Assembly (NCBI GenBank): GCA_965116905.1 | Contig: OZ220732.1 | Span: 1,120,001-1,184,000, forward strand | Source: Longimicrobiales bacterium | GTDB taxonomy: Bacteria; Gemmatimonadota; Gemmatimonadetes; Longimicrobiales; Gaopeijiaceae | Direction of reading: 5' to 3' | Length of the DNA stretch: 64,000 bases | Shown here: positions 1 through 9,615 of the stretch, in pieces | Numbering within the stretch: the first letter of the stretch is position 1 | How the letters are laid out: the number at the start of each line of letters is the position of its first letter | Notes under the pieces: generated by a model | Databases searched by the model: none | Seen by the model: the letters and a program-made list of their open reading frames with translations, nothing else | Told to the model about the DNA's origin: nothing | Position numbers and translations under genes: made by a program

Positions 1-106
1 CGGGTGGCGGGCAAGTGGAAGCACGACTCCGCATCCGCCTTGACCCGCGAGGAGGCGCGCCCCCACTTGACTGGGAGTCCCCTCAGTTCCGGAAGGAGCC
101 GCTCCG

Positions 107-2206
107 ATGCGCATCGCCGCCCGCGTTCCGTTTTCGCCTGCCGCCGCAGTATCGCTGGTCATGTGCGCCCTGTTTGCGGGCGCCGCGATCTCCACCCTTT
201 CGCCGCCTTCGCTCTCTGCCCAGGATGCCGCCCGGCTCACCGTCGACCGGTACCTCGACTGGGAGCGCGTGAGCGACCCGCGCATCTCGCCCGACGGCAC
301 CCGCATCGTCTACACGAAGAGCTGGGTGAACAAGCAGGAGGACCGATGGGACTCCGGGCTTCACATGATGAACGCCGACGGGTCGCGGAAGCGCTTCCTC
401 GTGGACGGTTCGGGGGCCCGCTGGTCGCCGGACGGCACCCGCATTCTCTTCACTGCCGCGGACGACGACGGCGGGAGCCAGATCTTCGTCCGCTGGATGG
501 ACGAGGAAGGCAACGTCACGCAGGTGACCCGGGTCCAGGGAACGCCCATGAACGCCATGTGGTCGCCCGACGGCAACATGATCTCGTTCACCATGGACAC
601 GCCCGGCGAACTGCCGAGCGACTGGTCCATCGACCTTCCGGCCGCTCCCCCAGGCGCCACGTGGACCGAGACCCCCCGCATCGTCGAGAACATGCACTTC
701 CGCAGGGACTTCGTCGGATTCACGGATCCGGCCTACCATCACCTCTTCGTCGTCCCCTCCACGGGGGGCACGGCCCGCCAGCTGACCCACGGCAAGTGGC
801 ACGTCGGAGCCCGGTTCATCGCCGTCTACTGGGGCGCCGGCTACGACTGGACGCCCGACGGGAGCACGATTGTCTTTGACGGATTGATGAAGGAGGACTG
901 GGACAAGCGCTACTTCGAGTCGGCGATCAACGCCGTGGACGTGGCCACCGGCGAGATGCGCGAGATCACCTCGACGCGCGGACTCTGGACCGGTCCGGCG
1001 GTCTCGCCCGACGGCAACACCATCGCCTTTACCGGCTATGAATGGTCGCCGCAGACCTACCATGTCGGCGAAATCCACACGATCGGGATCGACGGCAGCG
1101 GCATGCGCAAGCTCACGCCCGACCTGGACCGGGACATCGGGGGCATCATATGGGACGATGACGGCACCCGTTTCTACTTCTCCGTCCAGGACCGGGGCTC
1201 TGCGAACGTCTATTCGGCCACGACCGGGGGCGACCTGCGGCAGCTGACCGACGACGTCCACATGCTGTCGTTCACGTCGGCGGCGGGCGGGACCGCGGTT
1301 GGCGTGCGCTCGGCTCCGCAGACCCCTGGGGACGTGGTCCGGTTCGACCTCGAAGCTGGCGCGGATCCGGAGCAGCTTACGCGGGTGAACGAGGATGTGT
1401 TGGAGGGCGTCGTTCTCGGAGACATCGAGGAAATCTGGTACGAGTCCACCGAAGGGGCGCAGGTACAGGGATGGGTCATCAAGCCGCCCGGCTTCGACCC
1501 CACGCGCCGCTACCCCCTGATCATGGAAATCCACGGCGGCCCGCACGGCATGTACAACGTCGGCTTCAACTGGATGTTCCAGAACTTCGCCGCCAACGAC
1601 TTCGTGGTCCTCTACACGAATCCGCGCGGCTCAACCGGCTATGGCACCGACTTCGGCAACGCAATCGACGACCGCTACCCCGGTGAGCGCGACCTCGCGG
1701 ACCTGCTGTACGGCGTCGACGAGGTCGTCAGCCGGGGATACATCGACACCGACAGGATGTACGTGGGCGGCTGCTCCGGAGGAGGCGCACTTTCCAGCTG
1801 GGTGATCGGCCACGACGACCGCTTCGCGGGCGCGGCCGTGCGCTGTCCGGTCATCAACTGGATGTCGTTCGCCGGCACCGCCGACGTGGCCATGTGGGGC
1901 TACCGCCGCTTCCGCGAACTGCCCTGGGAGAACCCGGACAAGTGGCTGCATCACTCGTCGCTCATGTACGCGGGCAACGTCACCACGCCCACGCTGCTGC
2001 TGACCGGGGAACTGGACCTCCGCACGCCGATGTCCCAGACGGAGGAGTACTACCAGGCGCTCAAGATGGTCGGCGTTCCCGCGGCCATCATCCGCTTCAA
2101 CGGCGAGTACCACGGCACGGGCAGCAAGCCGTCCAACTTCATGCGAACCCAGCTGTACATGCGGAAGTGGTATGACCGGTGGGTGGGCAAGAGGCCGGTG
2201 AGCTGA
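107..2206 (+). CDS. Secreted S9 family peptidase (acylaminoacyl/dipeptidyl aminopeptidase-like)
   Basis: Signal peptide, PD40-like (W/I)SPDG propeller repeats, HGGP, nucleophile GCSGGG, catalytic D (DLRTP) and H (EYHG); AAGGAG RBS upstream. Confidence 0.92.
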   Translation: MRIAARVPFSPAAAVSLVMCALFAGAAISTLSPPSLSAQDAARLTVDRYLDWERVSDPRISPDGTRIVYTKSWVNKQEDRWDSGLHMMNADGSRKRFLVDGSGARWSPDGTRILFTAADDDGGSQIFVRWMDEEGNVTQVTRVQGTPMNAMWSPDGNMISFTMDTPGELPSDWSIDLPAAPPGATWTETPRIVENMHFRRDFVGFTDPAYHHLFVVPSTGGTARQLTHGKWHVGARFIAVYWGAGYDWTPDGSTIVFDGLMKEDWDKRYFESAINAVDVATGEMREITSTRGLWTGPAVSPDGNTIAFTGYEWSPQTYHVGEIHTIGIDGSGMRKLTPDLDRDIGGIIWDDDGTRFYFSVQDRGSANVYSATTGGDLRQLTDDVHMLSFTSAAGGTAVGVRSAPQTPGDVVRFDLEAGADPEQLTRVNEDVLEGVVLGDIEEIWYESTEGAQVQGWVIKPPGFDPTRRYPLIMEIHGGPHGMYNVGFNWMFQNFAANDFVVLYTNPRGSTGYGTDFGNAIDDRYPGERDLADLLYGVDEVVSRGYIDTDRMYVGGCSGGGALSSWVIGHDDRFAGAAVRCPVINWMSFAGTADVAMWGYRRFRELPWENPDKWLHHSSLMYAGNVTTPTLLLTGELDLRTPMSQTEEYYQALKMVGVPAAIIRFNGEYHGTGSKPSNFMRTQLYMRKWYDRWVGKRPVS

Positions 2207-3726
2207 TGAGCGCACCCCACGACGCCGGTGGGGGCACGCCGGGCGCCCGCCCACGCGAGGCGCGCTCGGGGCTGCCCGCGTTCGAGAAGGCGGAGCTGCC
2301 CGCGCCGCCACGGCCCAAGGGTCTGTCGTGGCTGGGCGTCGTGGGGCCCGGCGTCATTGTGCTGGGCGCGTCGATCGGCAGCGGCGAGTTCCTGCTCGGA
2401 CCCGCGGCGTTCGTGCAATACGGGCTGGTGCTGCTGTGGGTGACGCTGGTGGCGGCGTTCTTCCAGACCGTTTTCAACACGGAATTGATGCGCTGGACCA
2501 TTGCCACCGGCGAGCCCGTCGTCACCGGCTTCATGCGCACGAAGCCTTGGTCCCAGTTCTGGGCGTGGGTGTACGCGCTGCTCTACTTCCTGCAGGTGGG
2601 CTGGCCCGGTTGGGCGGGCGCGGCCGCGGGAGCGATCTTCTTCCTGATCTTCCGCGACCTCGCGGGACCCGGCCAGGAGCACATCGTCTACTGGATCGGC
2701 GTGGGAACCTTCGTGCTGTGCGTGGGAATCCTGCTCTTCGGGAAGCGGATCGAACGCACGCTCGAGCTGCTGAACTGGGTGTTGGTGTCCGCGATCATCG
2801 GCGGCTTCCTGATCCTCGCGGCCATCTTCGTGGCGCCGGACACCTGGGTCTCGGCCGCGGCGGGGCTCGTCGGCTACGACACGGGCACCGGCGGCTTCCG
2901 CTTCATCCCGGAGGGCGTGGACTGGTTCCTCATCGGCGCCTTCGCGGCGTACTCGGGCGCGGGCGGCGTCGTCAACCTGACGCTGTCCAACTGGGCCCGG
3001 GACAAAGGGTACGGCATGGGGAAGCGCGCCGGGTACATTCCGGCCGCGGTCGGCGGTGAAAAGACCGCACTCGCGCCGACCGGCTACACCTTCGACACCA
3101 CGTCCGACGCCATGGCCCGATGGCGCGGCTGGTGGCGCATCGTGCGTGCGGACCAGTGGATCGTCTACTTCGTCGGGGCGATGCTCGGGATGGTCCTCCC
3201 GGCGGTGATCTACGTCACGTTCATCGAGGCCGGCACCGACATCCGCGGCCTGTCCGTCGCGGCCACGCTGGCGAACGCGATCGCGAGCGAGAAGGGCGCC
3301 ATTTTCGGCGGGATCATCGCGATGATGGCCGTCTGGGTGCTCTTCAAGACCCAGCTCGACATCCTGGAGGGCATGACCCGCGCGATCACCGACATCCTCT
3401 GGACCGGCTCGCGCACGGTACGGCGGTGGCGCGGCGGCGATGTCCGGGTCGTGTACTACACGGTCCTGGGGGTGCTGTGCGTGTGGGGAATCATCGCGCT
3501 GGGGGTGGCGCAGCCGATCATCCTGCTCCAGTTGGGCGCCAACATGGCCGGGGTCGTCTTCGTGATCTCGTCGCTGCACCTGCTGTACATCAACACGCGC
3601 TTCCTGCCCGAGGAAGTGCGGCCACCCATGTGGCGCCGGGTCTCACTGGTACTGATGTCGGTCTTCTACGGGGCGTTCGTGACGCTTTGGTTGCGCGGCA
3701 TGATCGGGGATTGGCTGGGCGGGTAG
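2206..3726 (+). CDS. Nramp/APC-superfamily membrane transporter
   Basis: About 11-12 hydrophobic segments; GPGVIVLGASIGSGE motif; ATG at 2206 overlaps the upstream TGA. Confidence 0.75.
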   Translation: MSAPHDAGGGTPGARPREARSGLPAFEKAELPAPPRPKGLSWLGVVGPGVIVLGASIGSGEFLLGPAAFVQYGLVLLWVTLVAAFFQTVFNTELMRWTIATGEPVVTGFMRTKPWSQFWAWVYALLYFLQVGWPGWAGAAAGAIFFLIFRDLAGPGQEHIVYWIGVGTFVLCVGILLFGKRIERTLELLNWVLVSAIIGGFLILAAIFVAPDTWVSAAAGLVGYDTGTGGFRFIPEGVDWFLIGAFAAYSGAGGVVNLTLSNWARDKGYGMGKRAGYIPAAVGGEKTALAPTGYTFDTTSDAMARWRGWWRIVRADQWIVYFVGAMLGMVLPAVIYVTFIEAGTDIRGLSVAATLANAIASEKGAIFGGIIAMMAVWVLFKTQLDILEGMTRAITDILWTGSRTVRRWRGGDVRVVYYTVLGVLCVWGIIALGVAQPIILLQLGANMAGVVFVISSLHLLYINTRFLPEEVRPPMWRRVSLVLMSVFYGAFVTLWLRGMIGDWLGG

Positions 3727-3727
3727 C

Positions 3728-4246
3728 TCACCCCCGGCCGATCCTGAACATCTCGATTTCGAAGATCAGGGTCTCGTTGGGGCCGACCAGGCCGTCGATT
3801 CCGGCGCGGCCGTAGCCCAGCCTGCCGGGCACGATGACCTCGAGGTGGCTCCCGATCGGCATCAGCAGCAGCGCTTCCCGAAACCCCCGGATGAGATCCC
3901 GGGGCGAGAGCACGTCCGGTGAGCCGCGCTCGTAGGACGAGTCGATCACCGTCCCGTCTTCGAGCTTGCAGCTGTAGTGGATCAGAACCCGGTCCCTCGC
4001 GCGGGGCGGCGGACCGGTCCCTTCCCGCAGGATCCTGTATCTGAGCCCGCTGCGGGTGGTGATGAAGCCGTCCGCGTCGGGGGTCGGGTCCGCGGGGCTC
4101 GCGATGGGAACGCCGCCGCCGGAAGCGCAAGCGGAGGTCGCCGCGGCCGCCGTGCTCGCCGCGAGGGTCAGGAGCAGGGTCGTGCGCGTCAGGAGCGGGA
4201 TCGCGCGCGCCGCCCAGGCCGCCGCGACCGTTCGGGTCGCCCTCAT
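3728..4246 (-). CDS. FKBP-type peptidyl-prolyl isomerase (probable lipoprotein)
   Basis: SGLRY..HY..DG..DSS..LIRGF.EAL..IVP.LGYG..PNETLIFEIE. Confidence 0.92.
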   Translation of the reverse strand: MRATRTVAAAWAARAIPLLTRTTLLLTLAASTAAAATSACASGGGVPIASPADPTPDADGFITTRSGLRYRILREGTGPPPRARDRVLIHYSCKLEDGTVIDSSYERGSPDVLSPRDLIRGFREALLLMPIGSHLEVIVPGRLGYGRAGIDGLVGPNETLIFEIEMFRIGRG

Positions 4247-4665
4247 CCCCCCTCGATGATTTCAAGCAGCTCGATCTCGAAGATCAGCGTCTCGTTGGGC
4301 CCGATCAGGCCGCCGCCCGCGCCTTCCTCGCCATAGGCCAGCTCGGAGGGGATGGTGACGCGCATATGGCCGCCGACCGACATCAGCTGCAGCGCCTCCC
4401 CGAATCCGGCGATCACGCCGTCCACCCGGAAGGTGTTGGGCTCGCCGCGGTCGTAGGACGCATCGAACTGCGAGCCGTCGGTGAGCGTGCCGCGGTAGTG
4501 CACGACGACCTCGTCATTCATCGTGGGCCTGGCACCGTCTCCCTCGCGGAGCATCTGGTACTCGAGTCCGCTGTCGGTGGTCATGACTGCGGGCTCACCC
4601 TCCGCGCACGCCGCGCCGAGCGTGATGGCCAGAGCGCCGCACGCCGTCTGAATTGCCTTTCGCAT
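4243..4665 (-). CDS. FKBP-type peptidyl-prolyl isomerase lipoprotein
   Basis: Start MRKAIQ with GGAGG RBS, lipobox LGAAC, VHYRGTLTDGSQFDAS, VIAGF.EAL, PNETLIFEIEL. Confidence 0.93.
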   Translation of the reverse strand: MRKAIQTACGALAITLGAACAEGEPAVMTTDSGLEYQMLREGDGARPTMNDEVVVHYRGTLTDGSQFDASYDRGEPNTFRVDGVIAGFGEALQLMSVGGHMRVTIPSELAYGEEGAGGGLIGPNETLIFEIELLEIIEGG

Positions 4666-4691
4666 CCTGCCTCCTTTTTCCGTATACGCCC

Positions 4692-5978
4692 TCACCCCGT
4701 CCCTACCGACGCCGCCGAAACGCGAGCGAGCGAAGGTGTCCCCGCCAGCCGCATGGTGATTCGCAGTTCGTCGCTCAGGATCTCCAGCACCCGCTCGACA
4801 CCGGCCTGGCCGAAGGCTCCCAGCCCCCACAGGTAGGGTCGGCCCACCGCCACCGCGTCGGCGCCGCGGGCGATCCCCTTGAAGATATCGCTTCCGCGGC
4901 GAAAACCGCCGTCCACGATGACGGGAACCCGTCCCGCCACGACCGACGCGATCTCGGGCAGGGCGTCGATCGTGGCCTGTCCGCTGCCCTCCGCGCGGCC
5001 GCCGTGGTTGGAGACCCAGATCCCGTCGACGCCGTGATCCAGCGCCAGAGTCGCGTCTTCGTGCGTCATGAGACCCTTCACCACGATCTTCTGATCGGTG
5101 ATTTCGCGCAGGCGCCCGATGAAGTCCCAGGTCATGCCGGGTGCGCGGAAGTCGCCGGGACGATAGGGTGTGCCCTGGAACATCGGCTTCACCGTGGGTG
5201 CCCGGCCGCGGGGGCGGTGGCAGCTGTTGCAGGTGCGATCGTCGGTGCGCGACCAGCGCGCCAGCGTGAGGCGGTTGCTCCCGCCGGGAAGATCCACCGT
5301 AAGCACGATTACGGGGCATCCCGCCGTGCGCACGCGCTCGACCACCGCCTGCGTGACGTCCCAGTTCGAGGTGGCGTAGAGCTGGTACCAGACGGGTTCG
5401 CCGCGCGCCTCGTTCACGTCCTCCACCCCGGTCGAACTGACGGTTGACAGCGCCTGCAGGTGTTCGCGGGCCTGCGCCGCCCGCGCCGTCGCCAGTTCGC
5501 CCTCGGCGTGGAACCCGCGCTGGCTTCCGCACGGCGCGATGACGATCGGCGTGGGCCATTCGCGGCCGAACAGCGTGACGCGGGTGTCGATCCGGCTGAC
5601 GTCGATGAGGCGGCGGGCGCGAATGTACACGCGCTCGAGCGCCGCCCGATTGTTGCGCTGGGTCTCCTCACCGTCGACGCCGGTCTGGATATAGCCGAAG
5701 TGCGCCGGGGGGACGGTGGTCTCGGCGACCTTCTCCATGTCGAAGACGTCGAGAGCGTCCGCGGCGCTGGTGACGAGGTCGTGCAGGGTCGGGGCAGGAA
5801 CGGCGGCAGGCGCGGCGGCAGTTGCAGCGGAAGGAACGGCGGTACCCGGGCCGCCTCGGCCGGCACCGGTGCTCGCCGGCGCGCAGCCCGGAATCGCCGC
5901 CATCAGCGGACTTGCCGCGAGCCAGCGCAGGAAGTCGCGGCGGCTGGAGATCTCGGTGTGGAGGGAGTGTCGTCCCAT
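4692..5978 (-). CDS. FMN-dependent alpha-hydroxy acid oxidase/dehydrogenase with Tat signal
   Basis: SNHGGR, DGGFRRGSD, GRPYLWGL, LTVD and KG motifs; N-terminal SRRDFL twin-arginine; start inferred at 5978. Confidence 0.92.
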   Translation of the reverse strand: MGRHSLHTEISSRRDFLRWLAASPLMAAIPGCAPASTGAGRGGPGTAVPSAATAAAPAAVPAPTLHDLVTSAADALDVFDMEKVAETTVPPAHFGYIQTGVDGEETQRNNRAALERVYIRARRLIDVSRIDTRVTLFGREWPTPIVIAPCGSQRGFHAEGELATARAAQAREHLQALSTVSSTGVEDVNEARGEPVWYQLYATSNWDVTQAVVERVRTAGCPVIVLTVDLPGGSNRLTLARWSRTDDRTCNSCHRPRGRAPTVKPMFQGTPYRPGDFRAPGMTWDFIGRLREITDQKIVVKGLMTHEDATLALDHGVDGIWVSNHGGRAEGSGQATIDALPEIASVVAGRVPVIVDGGFRRGSDIFKGIARGADAVAVGRPYLWGLGAFGQAGVERVLEILSDELRITMRLAGTPSLARVSAASVGTG

Positions 5979-6073
5979 GGGGCCGTTCCGGAGGAGCACA
6001 GTCGCGTGACCGCTTACCGACTTGGGCAATGTGGGCGCAAGCGGGACACGGGGCCACCTGTTACATATCCAGG

Positions 6074-7420
6074 GTGACGAACGCACCCGCCGGATCCGAC
6101 TCCACGTCCCCGCCGACGCGTCGCGCGCTTCACCGCAACGTCTGGGCCACGAGCGGCACCAGCTTCCTGACGGACGTGTCGAGCGAAATGCTCCTCAACG
6201 TCCTGCCCCTGTTCATCTCGAACGTGCTGGGCGTCCGGGTCTGGGTGGTGGGCGTGGTCGAGGGGTTGGCCGAGGCGATGTCGAGCGTGCTCAAGCTGTA
6301 CTCGGGGTGGGCGTCCGACCGGCTGGGCACCAGGAAGTGGCCGGCGGTGGCCGGGTACGCGATCTCGGCGCTCTCGAAGCCGTTCTACTACTTGGCGTCG
6401 AGTTGGGGGGCCGTGGCCGCGATCCGGTGGGGGGACAGGGTGGGGAAGGGGGTGCGCACGGCGCCACGCGACGCGCTGCTCGCCGATTCGACGACGCCCG
6501 AGCGCCGGGGACTCGCCTTCGGGCTGCACCGGGCCGCCGATACCGCCGGCGCCGTGGTCGGGATCGGGGTATCGATCTGGGTCGTGCAGCAGGTGCAGGG
6601 CGGGGGGGTGCTTCTGGAGGCCGAGACGTTTCGGAAGCTGGTGCTGTGGAGCCTGGTTCCCGCGTTCGTGGGCGTGGCGGTTCTGGCGGTGGCCGCACGC
6701 GACGTGAAGGCACAGGGTGGTGGGAGTGGCAATGGCGGGACGGGACGGGACGGGCGCAACGATTCGGCGGCCACCGGCAGCCGCCCCCGACTTCGCCTGC
6801 GTGGGCTCGGCCGGGGCTTCGCGGCCTTCGTCGTTTGTTCGATGATCTTCGAGCTTGGAAACTCCGCAGACGCCTTCCTCGTGCTCAGGGCGCAGGAGCG
6901 GGGGCTTTCGGTGGCCGGGATCCTGTGGCTGCTCCTAGCCTTCAATGCGGTCTACGCGCTCGTGTCGACGCCCGCGGGCTCGCTGGCCGACCGCATTCCC
7001 CGGAAACGGCTCGTGGCGGCAGCGTGGGGACTCTACGCGCTCGTGTACCTCGGCTTTGCGCTCGCGGATACCGTCGTGCACGTGACCGTGCTGTACCTGC
7101 TGTACGGCTGCTATCACGGGCTCGTGGCGGGTGCGGCCAAGGCGCTCGTCGCCGATCTGGTGCCGGCGGCGCGGCGCGGCACGGCCTACGGCGGCTATGC
7201 GGCGGCGGTCGGCTTGGCCACCCTGCCCGCGTCGCTGTTGGCGGGGGTGCTCTGGGAGGGCGTCTTCGCGTGGGAGGGCTTCGGCCCGGCGGCGCCCTTC
7301 CTCTTCGGGGCGGCCGCGGCGGCGGTGGCGGCGGCATTGCTCCTGGTCACGGTGCCCGGCGGCCCTGACCCGCTACCCGCTCACCCCGCGGGCAGGAACC
7401 GCACCAGCACCGGCAGGTGA
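6074..7420 (+). CDS. MFS transporter
   Basis: About 12 TM; GWASDRLG motif A, DRVGKGVRTAPRDALLA, GLHRAADTAGA; GTG start is approximate. Confidence 0.88.
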   Translation: MTNAPAGSDSTSPPTRRALHRNVWATSGTSFLTDVSSEMLLNVLPLFISNVLGVRVWVVGVVEGLAEAMSSVLKLYSGWASDRLGTRKWPAVAGYAISALSKPFYYLASSWGAVAAIRWGDRVGKGVRTAPRDALLADSTTPERRGLAFGLHRAADTAGAVVGIGVSIWVVQQVQGGGVLLEAETFRKLVLWSLVPAFVGVAVLAVAARDVKAQGGGSGNGGTGRDGRNDSAATGSRPRLRLRGLGRGFAAFVVCSMIFELGNSADAFLVLRAQERGLSVAGILWLLLAFNAVYALVSTPAGSLADRIPRKRLVAAAWGLYALVYLGFALADTVVHVTVLYLLYGCYHGLVAGAAKALVADLVPAARRGTAYGGYAAAVGLATLPASLLAGVLWEGVFAWEGFGPAAPFLFGAAAAAVAAALLLVTVPGGPDPLPAHPAGRNRTSTGR

Positions 7421-8385
7421 TTGCTCGTTGTGTCCCGGTAGTCGGGGATGAGTTCATCCACCCGGTAGACCAGGGCGGATCCGTCCTCGTACCACGCCAT
7501 CGCCTCGTCGGAGGCCAGGATGTGGTCGATCATCTCCTCGAAACCGAGGATCGAGGTCGCGCGCGCGGCGCTGAGTTCGGCGGTGGGGAACACCCATTGG
7601 GGCGCGGCGTCGACCAGCGGGCGATACGGGGTGTCGCGTCCGCTGGTGATGGACTCGTCCACGTCGTCGTTCCAGTCGCCGGGAATCAGCACGAGGGTCT
7701 CGGACCAGGCGGAATCGACGTACTCCTTGAGCCCCACGGCGGCTGAGGCGCGCCTCTCCCACGAGGAGACCTGCTCGTCCGCCTTCGCGTGAAGGACGAT
7801 CACCACGGCATCGTGCTGGGCGCCGCCATGGCTCAAACGGACACTTGCCTCGAGGGGAGGGCGTCCCGCGAACTCGTGGTTCAGTTCCCCGAGGACGATC
7901 CGGGCGCCGGTGACTTCGAGCGCTGCGGTCTTGTAGATGAGGCCGACCTTGAGCTCGCCGCCGGAGTAGTAGTCGGTCCCCTCCGTCACGGTCGAGTCGT
8001 TTGCTAGCAGGCCCGCGTACCCGGGGAGATTGGCAACGAGCGCGTCGAACGCGCTGGCGCTGGTGACTTCCTGAACCCCCCACAGGTCCGCGTCGGTGCC
8101 CATGATCACGTCGCGTACGCGCGCCATCTGGAGCACTTCGTCGGACGGACCCTGATTGGCGGCCCCGAAGTAGAGCAGGTTCCAGGTGGCCACGTCGAGT
8201 GTGGCAGCCGTGCCCCGGGCCGGGATCGAAATGGGGGCGGGCAGCGGGTCCGGCGGTGGCGGATCGGGTCTGGGGACTACGGGCGATTCGGATCCGCAGC
8301 CGTTCGCCGCGGTGGCCAGGACGCCGGTTGCCATCAGCCGCCAAAAGCCGCGTGTGCGTCTGCCGGGAACGGCGCTTTTGGTCAT
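7381..8385 (-). CDS. Endonuclease/exonuclease/phosphatase (EEP) family lipoprotein
   Basis: ATWNL, VQEV, HAKA, GDWND, IDHI, S(N)HLPV motifs; lipobox-like ANGC. Confidence 0.87.
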   Translation of the reverse strand: MTKSAVPGRRTRGFWRLMATGVLATAANGCGSESPVVPRPDPPPPDPLPAPISIPARGTAATLDVATWNLLYFGAANQGPSDEVLQMARVRDVIMGTDADLWGVQEVTSASAFDALVANLPGYAGLLANDSTVTEGTDYYSGGELKVGLIYKTAALEVTGARIVLGELNHEFAGRPPLEASVRLSHGGAQHDAVVIVLHAKADEQVSSWERRASAAVGLKEYVDSAWSETLVLIPGDWNDDVDESITSGRDTPYRPLVDAAPQWVFPTAELSAARATSILGFEEMIDHILASDEAMAWYEDGSALVYRVDELIPDYRDTTSNHLPVLVRFLPAG

Positions 8386-8472
8386 ATTGACTTATCTTCG
8401 CAAAGGCCACTGAACTGCTCGCAATCTGTTGTTCGGTCAGACCTTCGAGCAATCATCCGCCAAGGAGACTCC

Positions 8473-9615
8473 ATGAGGAAGCCATCCATCACCCAATGCC
8501 TCATCCTTGTCGCCGCCGCTGCACTTGCGGGGCCCGCATCACCGCTTGCGGCGCAGGACTTCAACGCCCGCGCGGGGTCCAGCGTGACTCTGGGGGGGCG
8601 TGTCCAGGCACAATTCGAGGCTTCCGGTTCGAAGGAGTCGGCTTCGTCCTTCTTCATACGGCGTGCGTGGATCACGGCGGACGGCCGGCTGAACGACCTC
8701 GTGTCGGGCCGCCTGCAGTTTGACGCCAACGGCAACAAGGTACTCGAGGCGTACCTGGCGTTCACTCCGTCGGACCGGTTCCGGATGGAGCTGGGACAGT
8801 TCAAGCGCGCGATTTCGACCTTCTGGCTCGCCGCCAACTTCGACCTTCCGCTGATCGAGCGCGACGGGCGGGTTCCGGGGTCCGATCCCTGTCCCGGAGT
8901 CGGCAACGTGTGCTCCTTCGGGCGCCTCACGGGGGGACTCGGTCTCGACGCGTACGAGCCCGGAATCCTGATGAGCGGGAGATTCTCGGACAAGGTCGGC
9001 TTCCGGGTGACGGTGACCAACGGGGAGGGGCTCAACGGGAAGGACCAGAACAGCGCGAAGTCGACTTCCACGCGGCTCACCTTCGACCTCGACTCGAACA
9101 ACCGCCTGCACACCTACGCCGTGTTCGACGAGACCGTCGACGGTGCCGGGGACACGAAGTGGGCTCCTGCATACGCCCTGGAGTACGAACTCGGCACCTG
9201 GCGGCGGGGCCCTCACCTGGTGGTGAACGCGGCGACCGGCCGCAACTGGAGGGCCGAGGCCGCCAGCCTGAACGAGGACCGCGAGGTGGGGTTCTTCGCC
9301 TTCCAGGCCATGGGACTGTGGTACCTGCCGATCGAGGGCGACGGCGCCTTCGAGGCCATCGAGCCCCTCTTCCGCGTCAGTTGGGCGAGCACCCAGACCG
9401 GAGACAGCCTCTTCGAGGGCGACATCGTGGTCAACGACGACGTGAAGGGGCTGGTGATCACGCCCGGCTTCATGCTCTACGCGACCGGCCGCACCGGCAT
9501 CTCGACCAACCTGGACATCTACACGTCGTCGCGCACGGTCGGCGAAAGCAATTACGAGAGCCTGAACTTCGACCCGCAGTGGTCGCTGAAGATGCAGGCG
9601 TTCGTGACCTTCTAG
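8473..9615 (+). CDS. Outer-membrane porin (OprO/OprP phosphate-selective porin-like)
   Basis: Signal peptide, GRVQ..F..F.IRRA, GQFK, IER, NGEG motifs, C-terminal F; AAGGAG RBS. Confidence 0.75.
   Translation: MRKPSITQCLILVAAAALAGPASPLAAQDFNARAGSSVTLGGRVQAQFEASGSKESASSFFIRRAWITADGRLNDLVSGRLQFDANGNKVLEAYLAFTPSDRFRMELGQFKRAISTFWLAANFDLPLIERDGRVPGSDPCPGVGNVCSFGRLTGGLGLDAYEPGILMSGRFSDKVGFRVTVTNGEGLNGKDQNSAKSTSTRLTFDLDSNNRLHTYAVFDETVDGAGDTKWAPAYALEYELGTWRRGPHLVVNAATGRNWRAEAASLNEDREVGFFAFQAMGLWYLPIEGDGAFEAIEPLFRVSWASTQTGDSLFEGDIVVNDDVKGLVITPGFMLYATGRTGISTNLDIYTSSRTVGESNYESLNFDPQWSLKMQAFVTF

Noticed and set aside
8416..8451. Riboswitch upstream of the porin gene
   Set aside because: Only a simple bulged hairpin; no aptamer consensus recognised
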